Position numbers and translations under genes: made by a program
Shown here: one piece after another, positions 1 to 9,009 of the stretch
Position numbering within the stretch: the stretch's first letter is position 1
How the letters are laid out: every line of letters starts with the position of its first letter
DNA from: a virus
Lineage: Duplodnaviria > Caudoviricetes
Length of the DNA: 49,450 bases
IMG/VR virus record: IMGVR_UViG_3300025387_000025
Coordinates: 1 to 49,450 of that record
Reading direction: 5' to 3' (one strand)
Notes under the pieces: model-generated
Seen by the model: only the letters and a program-made list of their open reading frames with translations
What the model was told of the DNA's origin: nothing
Database searches by the model: none

Positions 1-482
1 GACAAACAGGACAGTCAGTCACAACAGCAAGTAACAATTATCCTATTATAGCAATTAGATTGAAAAATACGTTCAATTCATATCCTAATAGGATTACTGC
101 TCGTATGGGTAATATTAATTTATACGCTGAGAATTATCCAGTATATTGGAAACTGATAAAATTAGCTAATAGTGGTTCTATAACTTTGGCAAATACAACT
201 TGGACAAGTGTAAATGACAGTTCTGGAGTTGAATATAATCTGTCAGCAACTGCTTTTTCAGGCGGCGATGAGATGGATAATGGTATTGTGGGAACATCAA
301 GTCCTGGCGGTTCTGGTAAAGGAACTGGCGTTGCTCCTGTAAATCAACCAAGTAATGCTAAGAAAAACTTTATTGCTCAAAACATTGATTCGTCTAATTC
401 TGAAATATATTTGGTCGCTGCTCAGGCAATTGGAGGAACTGCTAGTGTTTGGGTAGGTCTTCAATGGAGAGAAATTTATTAA
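1..482 (+). CDS. 5'-truncated putative virion structural protein
   Basis: Frame is open from the window start (QTGQSVTTASNNYPIIAIRLKN...) and ends ...QWREIY; G/S/N/T-rich like phage structural proteins. Confidence 0.6.
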   Translation, partial: QTGQSVTTASNNYPIIAIRLKNTFNSYPNRITARMGNINLYAENYPVYWKLIKLANSGSITLANTTWTSVNDSSGVEYNLSATAFSGGDEMDNGIVGTSSPGGSGKGTGVAPVNQPSNAKKNFIAQNIDSSNSEIYLVAAQAIGGTASVWVGLQWREIY

Positions 483-484
483 AA

Positions 485-492
485 ACTAAATA
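485..492 (+). promoter_or_regulatory. T4-type late promoter variant (ACTAAATA)
   Basis: Same variant recurs upstream of other late genes (27243, 44422, 44546 on -); gp55 is encoded in the window. Confidence 0.55.
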
Positions 493-563
493 GAACGTCA
501 GTGCGAGTATAAAAGGGTACGCCAGACCTCGCATATATTAGGAAAACCCAAGGGGAACTCCAT

Positions 564-1496
564 ATGTTTAATAAGTTAGATAATAAAACACAGCTAGAGT
601 CTGTCGTAGACCTCACTGACAAAGCAAAGCTGTCTATTTACAAAAAATCATCAAATTCTGGTTTTTCAACTGGCATACTTGAAGAAGTATATCGTCGTGG
701 ATATTCATCATGGGATGAGTCATTTGATATATCACCAGAACAATTAGGGTTTGATAGAGTAAATTCTTTTATTGCTGGTGGATTTGCTTCGCAATTAGAC
801 GAAGATTTAACAAAAGCTTGCTGGAAAGGTTATGAAGCCATTGGAATGAAGAAAAAGAATGGTAAGAAAGTTCCTAACTGTGTTCCTAACTGTGTTCCTA
901 AAGAAGAATATACTGGGTCAGAAAAAGTTTCCAAAGATAAAAACAATCCTGCAAGTAGATTTGATGCAACAAGTGAACTTGTTAAAGTTTATTCAGATGA
1001 TACTCCTGGTCAATCAAAGACCAAAAAGGTTATTACTAAAATTGTTCGTGAAAAACTTGAAGAAGTTGCTGCTTGGCAACGTAAAGAAGGCAAAGACCCA
1101 AAAGGTGGTTTAAATAAAAAAGGTGTGGAGTCTTACAGAAGAGAACATCCTGGTTCACATCTCCAGACTGCTGTAACAACTAAACCATCAAAATTAGATC
1201 CTAATAGTAAATCAGCAAAACGCCGTAAATCATTTTGTTCAAGAATGAGCGGTATGAAAAAGAAATTAACATCATCAAAAACAGCACATGATCCAGATTC
1301 ACGTATTAATAAAGCTTTAAGAAAATGGAACTGTGAAGAAACTCAAGTTAATGAATTGAATATTCCACTTGGTACAACAGGTAAAAGAGGAAATACTCCA
1401 ACTCCTTTAGTTGCTATCAGAATGGCTGATGGTAAAATTAAAAAATTACCGCCAGGAAAAAGCGGAAGCTCTGGTGGTGGTGGAGATGAAGAATGA
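564..1496 (+). CDS. Modular putative internal head/virion protein (DUF6321-like domain, CWxGY module)
   Basis: AAWQRKEGKDPKGGLN...RRKSFCSRMSGMK...SRINKALRKWNC and CWKGYEAIGMKKKNGKKVPNCVP are modules typical of T4-like phage late proteins; separated by (L/V)xE sites. Confidence 0.65.
   Translation: MFNKLDNKTQLESVVDLTDKAKLSIYKKSSNSGFSTGILEEVYRRGYSSWDESFDISPEQLGFDRVNSFIAGGFASQLDEDLTKACWKGYEAIGMKKKNGKKVPNCVPNCVPKEEYTGSEKVSKDKNNPASRFDATSELVKVYSDDTPGQSKTKKVITKIVREKLEEVAAWQRKEGKDPKGGLNKKGVESYRREHPGSHLQTAVTTKPSKLDPNSKSAKRRKSFCSRMSGMKKKLTSSKTAHDPDSRINKALRKWNCEETQVNELNIPLGTTGKRGNTPTPLVAIRMADGKIKKLPPGKSGSSGGGGDEE
871..900 (+). repeat. 12-bp tandem duplication (TTCCTAACTGTG x2.5) giving VPNCVPNCVP
   Basis: ttcctaactgtg ttcctaactgtg ttccta read directly. 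Confidence 0.9.
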
Positions 1497-1933
1497 ATAA
1501 AGAATTAGTAGAAGCATTAAAAGTAGCTTTGGCAGATACATTTGCTTTTTATTTGAAAGCTCATAACTTTCATTGGAATGTTACTGGACCAAACTTTTCT
1601 GAATACCATAAGTTTCTTGGTGATCTTTGGGAAGAAACATTTGCTGCTGTTGATCTTATTGCTGAAGGTATTAGAACTCTTGATGCTTTTGCTCCAGGTT
1701 CGTTTTCACGTTATAAAGAACTATCTAATATTGAAGATGAATTAAAAATTCCATCTGCTATTGATATGATTAAAAAACTTTCTTCTGATAATGAAAAAGT
1801 TCTTTCGTCTTTATATAAAGCATACGAATTAGCAGAAAAAGAAAAGAAATATGGTATTAGTAACTTTTTACAAGATCGCATTACGGCTCATGATAAACAC
1901 GGCTGGATGCTCAGATCATTTATAAAGGCATAA
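1493..1933 (+). CDS. dps: Dps / DNA-binding ferritin-like protein
   Basis: KAHNFHWNVTGPNFSEYHKFL, DLIAEGIR, HDKHGWML are Dps ferroxidase motifs; 146 aa. Confidence 0.92.
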   Translation: MNKELVEALKVALADTFAFYLKAHNFHWNVTGPNFSEYHKFLGDLWEETFAAVDLIAEGIRTLDAFAPGSFSRYKELSNIEDELKIPSAIDMIKKLSSDNEKVLSSLYKAYELAEKEKKYGISNFLQDRITAHDKHGWMLRSFIKA

Positions 1934-1934
1934 T

Positions 1935-2960
1935 ATGAAACCCTTTAGTCTAGAACACATCATTAGAAATATTGCTCAAGGTAATTTTACTCCTTCAGAT
2001 CAACCAAAGATTACTCTTGAACATACTATTAGAGAAGTTCATGAATCTGTTGGTACACTTGGAACTGATAAGTTTCAAGGATCACAATTTAGAACAGCGA
2101 AAACAGTTGCTCCTGTTATTAAACCAGGACATAATGAAAGATCAGAAACTGCTGCTAATGCAAGAAACACTGCTAAAACAGATAAAAGTTTAACATTACA
2201 TGGTAAGGTTTCTGAAAGCGCACCATCAGATATGAGTGGTGTTACTGCTGCAACTCAATGTCCATCAGAATCAGGTAAGAAGAAATCAATAAAAGAAACA
2301 CCTGCGCCAAATTATGGTAATGCTGCTTCTGTAGGTTCATGGCCAGCCGCTGAAGCTGGAAAGAAAAAAATTAAAGAAGAAGCTGAAGCTTCAGGAACTA
2401 TAGCACGTCGTAAAGTTAAAGATGTACCAAGACCTGATGATGCAGATCCAAAGTCTGAAAAATCAAAGCTATCAAGACTTGCTCAGATTAAAACAAAAAT
2501 TGTTGATGAAGAAAAAATTGTTGCAGGAAAAACACCTGTTATACTTGATCCTGTTTTAAAGCAAGTAACACCAGAAGGTGATATGAAAGCTGCAAATAAA
2601 AGATATAAAAAGATTGTTAAAGAAGCTATTGCTGAAGCAAAACTTCCTGTGTCGGGTATTGCCGGATCTGGTCTTGGTGTTATGGACAAACTTTCAACTG
2701 CCTATAATCAAGCAAAATCTGGAGAATATAAAAAAGCTTTATCAACAGCTGGAACTGCGGCTGTTCAGGGTGCTTTAACATATACACCAGGATTAGGAAC
2801 TGCTTTGCAAGTTATGGCACCAACACCTGCTGGTGCTGCAACGTCAGAATTTGAAAGACAGAAGAAATTAGGAGTAACTCCGAAACCAGCTAGTTCAGAT
2901 TCTTCATCGTTAAAAAAAGATAAATCAAGTTTTGGACCAGACACTTCAGGATTTAAATAA
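1935..2960 (+). CDS. Low-complexity putative internal head protein
   Basis: K/A/S/P-rich; repeated SLEHIIR/TLEHTIR; ESGKKK motifs; many (I/V)xE sites. Confidence 0.5.
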   Translation: MKPFSLEHIIRNIAQGNFTPSDQPKITLEHTIREVHESVGTLGTDKFQGSQFRTAKTVAPVIKPGHNERSETAANARNTAKTDKSLTLHGKVSESAPSDMSGVTAATQCPSESGKKKSIKETPAPNYGNAASVGSWPAAEAGKKKIKEEAEASGTIARRKVKDVPRPDDADPKSEKSKLSRLAQIKTKIVDEEKIVAGKTPVILDPVLKQVTPEGDMKAANKRYKKIVKEAIAEAKLPVSGIAGSGLGVMDKLSTAYNQAKSGEYKKALSTAGTAAVQGALTYTPGLGTALQVMAPTPAGAATSEFERQKKLGVTPKPASSDSSSLKKDKSSFGPDTSGFK

Positions 2961-2987
2961 TAACTTAACTTTAGAGGAAATAAAAAA

Positions 2988-4211
2988 ATGTCAGAAGAAA
3001 ATAAAACAAAATCAATTCAAGAAGCTCTTGCTGAAGTTCAGCGTCGTGTTAATGAAGAAAGAGCACGTAGAGTTGCTGAAATGATTGAGAAAATTGAAGA
3101 TGAAAATGTTGAAATGATGGAAGCTCCTAATCTTAGTGGTATTGTGAGTGCAGCTAAATCTATTGCTCCAGCAGCTGTCCAGACTGCTAAGAACTTTGCT
3201 TCAAATGTTAAAAAAGGTTTCTCAGGAAATGTTGGCAATGTAACAAGAAATATTACACCAACAACTACTAAAACTGGTGCTACTAGACCTGTTGGATCAA
3301 CATTTGCAAAACCAGGTGTTGCTTCAAAGGCAGGTGAAAAGGTTGGTCAGGCTGCAAAAACAGTAAAAGATAATCCAAAAACAGCTGGAGCTGTTGGTGC
3401 TGCTGCTACTGGAACTGCTATTGGTGTTTCTGCTGGTAAAGGATCTTCACAAGCAAAACCAAGTGATTCAAGTGTTAAAATTGTTAATACTAAACCAGCA
3501 CCATCGTCAAGTTCTTCAGAGACAAAAAAACAGACATTTGGTCAAGCTTTTTCTACTGCAAGAAAAGCTGCTGGTGGTCCAGGCGGTAAGTTTTCTTTTG
3601 GTGGAAAAGATTATAGTACTGCAAAAAAAGGTGAAAAACCAGTTGCCACATCAAAATTAAGAAATATGAATCCAAAAGGTCCAGAAGCTCCTTCAACACC
3701 ATCAGCAAGTGTTTCTGGTGCTTCTATGTCATCAACTCCTATTGCTCAACAGAAGACACTTACACCAGAAAGTGGAAAGAAAAAGAAAGTATCAGAATCA
3801 ATTATTGATGCTTTTTTAAATCTACAAGACGATAAAAGTGGTAATATGTTTGAGGCTGCAAAACATCTTTCAGCAAAGCAGAAGAAAATTGCTGCTGTTG
3901 CAGGTGATCCAGACAAGATTGATCCAGAAGACTTTAAAGCACTTCGTTCAAAGAAAATGGAAGAAGCTTCTGTAGACCATCTTGGTGCAAGCACTGTTAC
4001 TAAGAGCAAGACAGGTTATGTTGATCCATCAACTCCAAAGGTTCCATATTCACAGCTACCAAAACCAGGTAATGCTGCTGGTGACGTAATTGCAAAGGGA
4101 AAGAATGCTCTTGATAAGAAGGGAGTTCGTGAAGATACTGAAGTTGAATTTTCAGAAGCTGAAATTGAATTCATTAATTCAGTGATTGGTACAGAAGGTA
4201 ATAATGAATAA
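2988..4211 (+). CDS. Low-complexity putative internal head protein
   Basis: RBS AGAGGA; A/K/G-rich; FGQAFSTARKAAGG..FSFGGKDYST and LSAKQKKIAA..DKIDPEDFKALR modules. Confidence 0.55.
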   Translation: MSEENKTKSIQEALAEVQRRVNEERARRVAEMIEKIEDENVEMMEAPNLSGIVSAAKSIAPAAVQTAKNFASNVKKGFSGNVGNVTRNITPTTTKTGATRPVGSTFAKPGVASKAGEKVGQAAKTVKDNPKTAGAVGAAATGTAIGVSAGKGSSQAKPSDSSVKIVNTKPAPSSSSSETKKQTFGQAFSTARKAAGGPGGKFSFGGKDYSTAKKGEKPVATSKLRNMNPKGPEAPSTPSASVSGASMSSTPIAQQKTLTPESGKKKKVSESIIDAFLNLQDDKSGNMFEAAKHLSAKQKKIAAVAGDPDKIDPEDFKALRSKKMEEASVDHLGASTVTKSKTGYVDPSTPKVPYSQLPKPGNAAGDVIAKGKNALDKKGVREDTEVEFSEAEIEFINSVIGTEGNNE

Positions 4212-4398
4212 TAAATCAATATTTACAGAGGCAGAGTTAGCACACTTTGCCTCTGTTATGGAAACACCAGTGGCACAAAAATCACCAATTATTCGTCTTG
4301 GTAAAGGTAATCAAGATGAAAGAGGAATTGGTGATACAGTTGATGGTAATACGTTAACAGACGAATCCGGGAAGGATAAGAAACGAAAATGCCGTTAA
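4204..4398 (+). CDS. Small hypothetical late protein
   Basis: ATG overlaps the upstream stop; FTEAELAHFASV resembles FSEAEIEFINSV of the upstream protein. Confidence 0.5.
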   Translation: MNNKSIFTEAELAHFASVMETPVAQKSPIIRLGKGNQDERGIGDTVDGNTLTDESGKDKKRKCR

Positions 4399-4643
4399 TA
4401 ACTAACAATATGATTATAGCAGGAGAAAAAGTTGAACAATCGGTTGAACCTACACCTGCTCCTAAAGTTTCTACACCGCCTTCTAAACCTGCTCCTACAG
4501 TTCCATTAGAAAGAGTTTCTATGGTAACACGTACAAAATATAATAAAGCAAATGAAGGCATATTGATTGTTGATGGTAAAGAAAAAAAGATTTCAAAGCA
4601 ATCACAATATATTCTAGATATGCTTTCACTGGATAATGATTAA
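4389..4643 (+). CDS. Hypothetical late protein (Pro-rich)
   Basis: Coupled ORF, 84 aa. Confidence 0.55.
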   Translation: MPLITNNMIIAGEKVEQSVEPTPAPKVSTPPSKPAPTVPLERVSMVTRTKYNKANEGILIVDGKEKKISKQSQYILDMLSLDND

Positions 4644-4651
4644 TATAAATA
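4644..4651 (+). promoter_or_regulatory. T4 late promoter TATAAATA
   Basis: Exact gp55 consensus upstream of RBS AGGAG and the ORF at 4682. Confidence 0.8.
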
Positions 4652-4681
4652 CAATTAAAAAGGTTTAAAAGGAGAACTAAA

Positions 4682-5680
4682 ATGGCCCAATGGGGAAGAA
4701 ACGATCAATCTGTTACTGCTAATAGTACTACTACTAAAGAGTCATCAAATGGTGCACCAATTGGAACTTGGGCTTTAGTAAAGGGTGGTGGTGAAATTAA
4801 CACTGTTCGTGTTGATGGAGCAAATGCACATTTTGGTAATACATCAGCCGGTTCAAGAGCAAATGTAGATGTTGCTATGTATAACAATACTACTATTGGA
4901 GCTTTTATACCAGGAAAAGCAGTTGGTGTTTTTGGTGTTGATGCTACTGAAGTTGGTATTGTTGGTGGACTTGCCGAAGTTTATGTGACTTCTGGTGGTA
5001 CAGGATATGGTGCTAATGCAGTTGTTACTATTACTTTTGCTAATGGTACCACTAATTCATCAGCAGTAAATTCAACTTCTGGCTCAACAAATTCAAATAC
5101 AGGTCGTATTGTCGCTCTAACTATTAATTCATCTGGATCTGGTATTGTTGGTGGAAACCCATCCCTTGCTATTGCCGCTCCTGCCGCAATTAATATTACT
5201 GCTAATTCAACTGGTTTTAGTAATACTACTGATACCTTAGTTGTCACATCTGCTAATTCAAAATGGCAAGTTGGTGATAGACTTTACTATTCAGTTCCAA
5301 CTGGAAACACACCAATTGCTCCATTAACTGGTAATACATATTATTATGTATCATTTGCTAATACTACTAGAATTGCTATTTCAGCAACTTCTGGTGGAGC
5401 TAACATTGATATTACCGATGCTAGAGTAACTGCTTCTGGGGAAACGCATACCATTCAAGGCGATACTGCTACTGGATATACTGTAACTGCTGGTGGTTCA
5501 ACTAAAGGTGTTGCACATGCTGGTTGGGTTGTAAGAACAGAAGGTTCAGGTGGTCGTGCTGGCCGTGTTCAGTATGAAACATTAGTTGCCATGGGATCTC
5601 TTGGAGCACAAACTGCTGCCTATGGAACTCCTGCTACTACAGCAGATACTTCGGACGATACATTCCTTCCTGACTCTTGA
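4682..5680 (+). CDS. Virion structural protein (T4-like conserved family)
   Basis: MAQWG start and HAGWVVRTEGSGGRAGRVQYETLVAM C-terminal motif; internal VGDRLYY..L..NTYYYV beta domain; late promoter. Confidence 0.7.
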   Translation: MAQWGRNDQSVTANSTTTKESSNGAPIGTWALVKGGGEINTVRVDGANAHFGNTSAGSRANVDVAMYNNTTIGAFIPGKAVGVFGVDATEVGIVGGLAEVYVTSGGTGYGANAVVTITFANGTTNSSAVNSTSGSTNSNTGRIVALTINSSGSGIVGGNPSLAIAAPAAINITANSTGFSNTTDTLVVTSANSKWQVGDRLYYSVPTGNTPIAPLTGNTYYYVSFANTTRIAISATSGGANIDITDARVTASGETHTIQGDTATGYTVTAGGSTKGVAHAGWVVRTEGSGGRAGRVQYETLVAMGSLGAQTAAYGTPATTADTSDDTFLPDS

Positions 5681-5697
5681 TAGTTATGAGTATTTAA

Positions 5698-7515
5698 ATG
5701 ACAGATAATAGCAAGAAAGTTTCGGAATTACCAATTGCCGCTAATGTTGTGGCAAATGATAGAGTCATAGTTCTTTATAACGTTGCAACAAGTGCATCTG
5801 TTAGAACTATGACAATAGGAAATCTTGCTAATAATGTTGCTCAATATGTACCAACTTTTAATAACACTGCAGTAAGTTATACATGGACAGGCATACAGAA
5901 TTTTTCTAATGCCGTCCATTTCTCTGAACCAGTTACCTTTTTAAGTGGTGTCATTACATCTTCTGGATTTAGTGGCACCTCTAATAATACTTTATATGTA
6001 GGCTCTACGCCAGCCGCTGATGTTGTTTCCTCTGCACAGTTACAAGCTAATTTGGCTCATTATACTAATTTTTCTAATTATGTTACATTAGAACAATTAC
6101 AATCAAATCTTTCTAATTATTCAACTATATCATATACAAATACTTTAGTCACAAATTCTTATTCTAATGCAGTTTCTTTTGCTAATACTATAGCAAATAC
6201 AGCATATACTAATGCTGTTTCATATGTTAATAATAAGTTTTACGTTAATACAAGTCAGTTATCTAGTAATCTTTCTAATTATCAAACAACTGCTGGATTA
6301 TCATCAAATGTTTTGACATTGACTGCTAATAACACAACTTTTGTTGGAATTGTATCTGCAGCAAATGTAGTTTCCAATGCACAGTTAACATCTAATTTAG
6401 CTAACTATACAAATACTTCTTCTTTAACTGCACTTTCTTACGTTAATACATCACAGTTAACAAGTAATTTATCTAATTATCAAACAACTACTGGATTAAC
6501 GTCTAATGTAGCAGCATATCTTCCAACATATACAGGTATTGTTAACGGTTCATCTTTTGCTGTAGGTAATTCATTTACGTCAAATTCAACTCTTGTTAAT
6601 GCTGTTGCAATTAATGTAGTAAATCAAACAAATACTGCAACTCTTTATGCAACTACTTCTGCAAATATCGGAACATATTTTACAGTCAATTCATCTGCAG
6701 CTGTTATAAATGTTAATGGTAGTTTTTCAGCAGCAAATCTTTATGTTGATACTACAAATACATATTTCAATTCAAATACTACTATTGCTGGTACAAATAC
6801 AGTAATTACGTCAAATATTTTTGTTTATGGATATCTTTCAGTTAATAGTGAGATAGTTGCTTCTAATGGTCTTTATTCAAATTCATCTTTTGGTTCTGGA
6901 CCATCATACGGTGATGGTATTGTTGTTGATTATGTATCTACTAATGGAAGAATTTCAGTTGGTTCTTCTGATAGTTTAACATTTTATACTGGTGGTGTTG
7001 GCACAACAACAATGGCAGTTATGAATAGTAGTAGTTTATCAGTAAATGGCAGCTTATATATAAGTGGAACACCAGTTGCTAATTCTACTGGTGCTAACAA
7101 CTCTTTCAATTTAGGATCTGTTGCTGCCGCAAATTATGTACAAAATACAGATTCAAGAACTTTATCTGGTAATTTAGTATTTTCTGGTGCAAATGTAACA
7201 TTTTCTTCTAATACATTAAATCTTGGTACTCCAAATGTAGCACATACTGCAGCATTATCTAATGGATATTCAATGTTACCAAATGGTTTATTAATGCAAT
7301 GGGGAACTGCTCCAGCGGTTAATTCAACAGCAAAAGTTATTACATTTTCATCAGCAACTGGTGCTTCTTTTGTAACAAATGCATTTTCAGTTACAGCAAC
7401 TACAAATACATCAGCATCACATGTAGCAGTAACAACTGTTAATTCTACTGCAATAACATTGGTTGCGAATACCACAACAAACACAGCTGTTAATTGGTTA
7501 GCAATAGGAATTTAA
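5698..7515 (+). CDS. Tail fibre-like protein with Asn/Ser/Thr-rich repeats and gp53-like C-terminal domain
   Basis: KKVSELP N-terminus; repeats of SxxQLxSNLxNY; GYSMLPNGLLMQWG...VNWLAIG C-terminal fibre domain. Confidence 0.7.
   Translation: MTDNSKKVSELPIAANVVANDRVIVLYNVATSASVRTMTIGNLANNVAQYVPTFNNTAVSYTWTGIQNFSNAVHFSEPVTFLSGVITSSGFSGTSNNTLYVGSTPAADVVSSAQLQANLAHYTNFSNYVTLEQLQSNLSNYSTISYTNTLVTNSYSNAVSFANTIANTAYTNAVSYVNNKFYVNTSQLSSNLSNYQTTAGLSSNVLTLTANNTTFVGIVSAANVVSNAQLTSNLANYTNTSSLTALSYVNTSQLTSNLSNYQTTTGLTSNVAAYLPTYTGIVNGSSFAVGNSFTSNSTLVNAVAINVVNQTNTATLYATTSANIGTYFTVNSSAAVINVNGSFSAANLYVDTTNTYFNSNTTIAGTNTVITSNIFVYGYLSVNSEIVASNGLYSNSSFGSGPSYGDGIVVDYVSTNGRISVGSSDSLTFYTGGVGTTTMAVMNSSSLSVNGSLYISGTPVANSTGANNSFNLGSVAAANYVQNTDSRTLSGNLVFSGANVTFSSNTLNLGTPNVAHTAALSNGYSMLPNGLLMQWGTAPAVNSTAKVITFSSATGASFVTNAFSVTATTNTSASHVAVTTVNSTAITLVANTTTNTAVNWLAIGI
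6241..6510 (+). repeat. Internal direct repeat in the fibre gene (about 70 bp units at 6241 and 6438)
   Basis: YVNTSQLSSNLSNYQTTAGLSSNV vs YVNTSQLTSNLSNYQTTTGLTSNV. Confidence 0.8.
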
Positions 7516-7533
7516 TAAAAAGCAAGAAAAATA

Positions 7534-7926
7534 ATGAATCATGAAAAATTGACACATGAAAACTATTTAATATTTTGTGCACAGCATTATAACGGTAACA
7601 AATATTATACCACTGAAGAGTTTGTTGAAGACTTAAATAGAGTTAAATATATCAAAAAATTAATAACCAGATATATTGAGAATGATGATTTAAAAGAACG
7701 TTTGATTTTGAATCATATTATCGTTCTTAATAATTGTTTTGGTCCTGAAATTACGTGTAAAATATTATATTTGAAACTTAAACCACAGATGAAATATGTG
7801 AAACCTTTTTTGATTTTATTAAATATATTACCTGAAAAAATATATAATGTTGACAATCAAGAAATGATAGATACCGATATTATTGACATGGATCAAAATA
7901 TAATATCAAAATTAAGGAAAGTATAA
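7534..7926 (+). CDS. Conserved T4-like hypothetical protein (DUF7207-like)
   Basis: EEFVEDLNRVKYIKKL...LKERLILNHIIVLNNCFG motif. Confidence 0.7.
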   Translation: MNHEKLTHENYLIFCAQHYNGNKYYTTEEFVEDLNRVKYIKKLITRYIENDDLKERLILNHIIVLNNCFGPEITCKILYLKLKPQMKYVKPFLILLNILPEKIYNVDNQEMIDTDIIDMDQNIISKLRKV

Positions 7927-8541
7927 GTGCAAGTTTCTGTAAACCATTTAAATCTTTTTATAAAATTTGCGGTCAAAGAGCTTGGATTAAAATCTTTGCC
8001 TAATATTAAATTTGTTGGAAGTTCTGAAGATAAAAGAGATGCTTTTGGTCATTCTGTAGGTAATAATATTGTTGTTCGTATTACTGATAGACATCCTATT
8101 GATGTAATGCGAACAATTGCACATGAATTAATACATTTTAAACAAAATATACAAAAAAAGAATATTGGTAGTGAAGATCAGGCTAATATGTTAGCTGGAC
8201 GTATTATGAGAAAATTTGATATTAAATATCCACATATTTTTAAAGATAAAGCAATAAAAGCTAATATGATGGAAGATGGTGGAATGACAACATCTGCTCT
8301 TCCTGTAAATAGAATGGGAGCATCTAGTTCAACGACAGGAACTGGTGGAATTGATCTTATTGATCCTTTAATGAAATTGAAGGCACCTTTAAAGAGAAAA
8401 CAATTAAGTCAACCATGGGACTTCCAGTACAAGATGAATTCTACTAAATACAATTATGTTTCACCTGGAGGTATTCCTAAAAAGTTACGAGATATAATTG
8501 GACGTGATTACAAGAATGAAAAACGCTCTGATAAGAGGTAA
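7927..8541 (+). CDS. Putative zinc metallopeptidase-domain protein
   Basis: RTIAHELIH (HExxH) with downstream EDQAN. Confidence 0.6.
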   Translation: MQVSVNHLNLFIKFAVKELGLKSLPNIKFVGSSEDKRDAFGHSVGNNIVVRITDRHPIDVMRTIAHELIHFKQNIQKKNIGSEDQANMLAGRIMRKFDIKYPHIFKDKAIKANMMEDGGMTTSALPVNRMGASSSTTGTGGIDLIDPLMKLKAPLKRKQLSQPWDFQYKMNSTKYNYVSPGGIPKKLRDIIGRDYKNEKRSDKR

Positions 8542-8543
8542 TC

Positions 8544-8945
8544 ATGCCAGACGGTTCAAATAATTGTATACAGTCTACTATGTTATCAAATATGGAAAGA
8601 AGACAAGATAGACTAGAAGAAGTTGCCGATAGGTTAACTAGTATATCAGCAGATCTTAGTAAAATGATTGCTGTTCATGAACAAAGACTTAATCAACAAG
8701 AACGTCAATTAAATAATGTAGAGCTTTTAACTGAAAGACGCCGTGAACAATATGATGAAAAATTAGGCATAGTTTTTAAGAAAATAGATATTTTAAGAGA
8801 AGAAACAATATCGCAATATGAGTCTTTAAGTGAAAAAATTGTTGATGTAGAAAAACAATTTTGGAGACTTGGTGGTGCTTTTGCTGTTATAGCTTTTATT
8901 TTGGCTTATGGACCAAGTATCATAAAAGTATTAAATCTTCAATAA
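8544..8945 (+). CDS. Coiled-coil protein with C-terminal transmembrane helix
   Basis: LSKMIAVHEQRL motif; hydrophobic C-terminus; typical upstream neighbour of T4-like primase. Confidence 0.6.
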   Translation: MPDGSNNCIQSTMLSNMERRQDRLEEVADRLTSISADLSKMIAVHEQRLNQQERQLNNVELLTERRREQYDEKLGIVFKKIDILREETISQYESLSEKIVDVEKQFWRLGGAFAVIAFILAYGPSIIKVLNLQ

Positions 8946-8951
8946 TACCTC

Positions 8952-8979
8952 TTGACAATAAAGAAAAAAGTAGTATAAT
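8952..8979 (+). promoter_or_regulatory. Sigma70-like promoter for the primase operon
   Basis: TTGACA-16-TATAAT. Confidence 0.8.
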
Positions 8980-9009
8980 TGTGTTCTGAACAACAGAATA
9001 GGTTATATA

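Noticed and set aside
5698-7515. Internal repeats as a diversity-generating retroelement target
   Set aside because: Repeats are internal and mostly synonymous-diverged rather than adenine-specific, and no reverse transcriptase is in the window.
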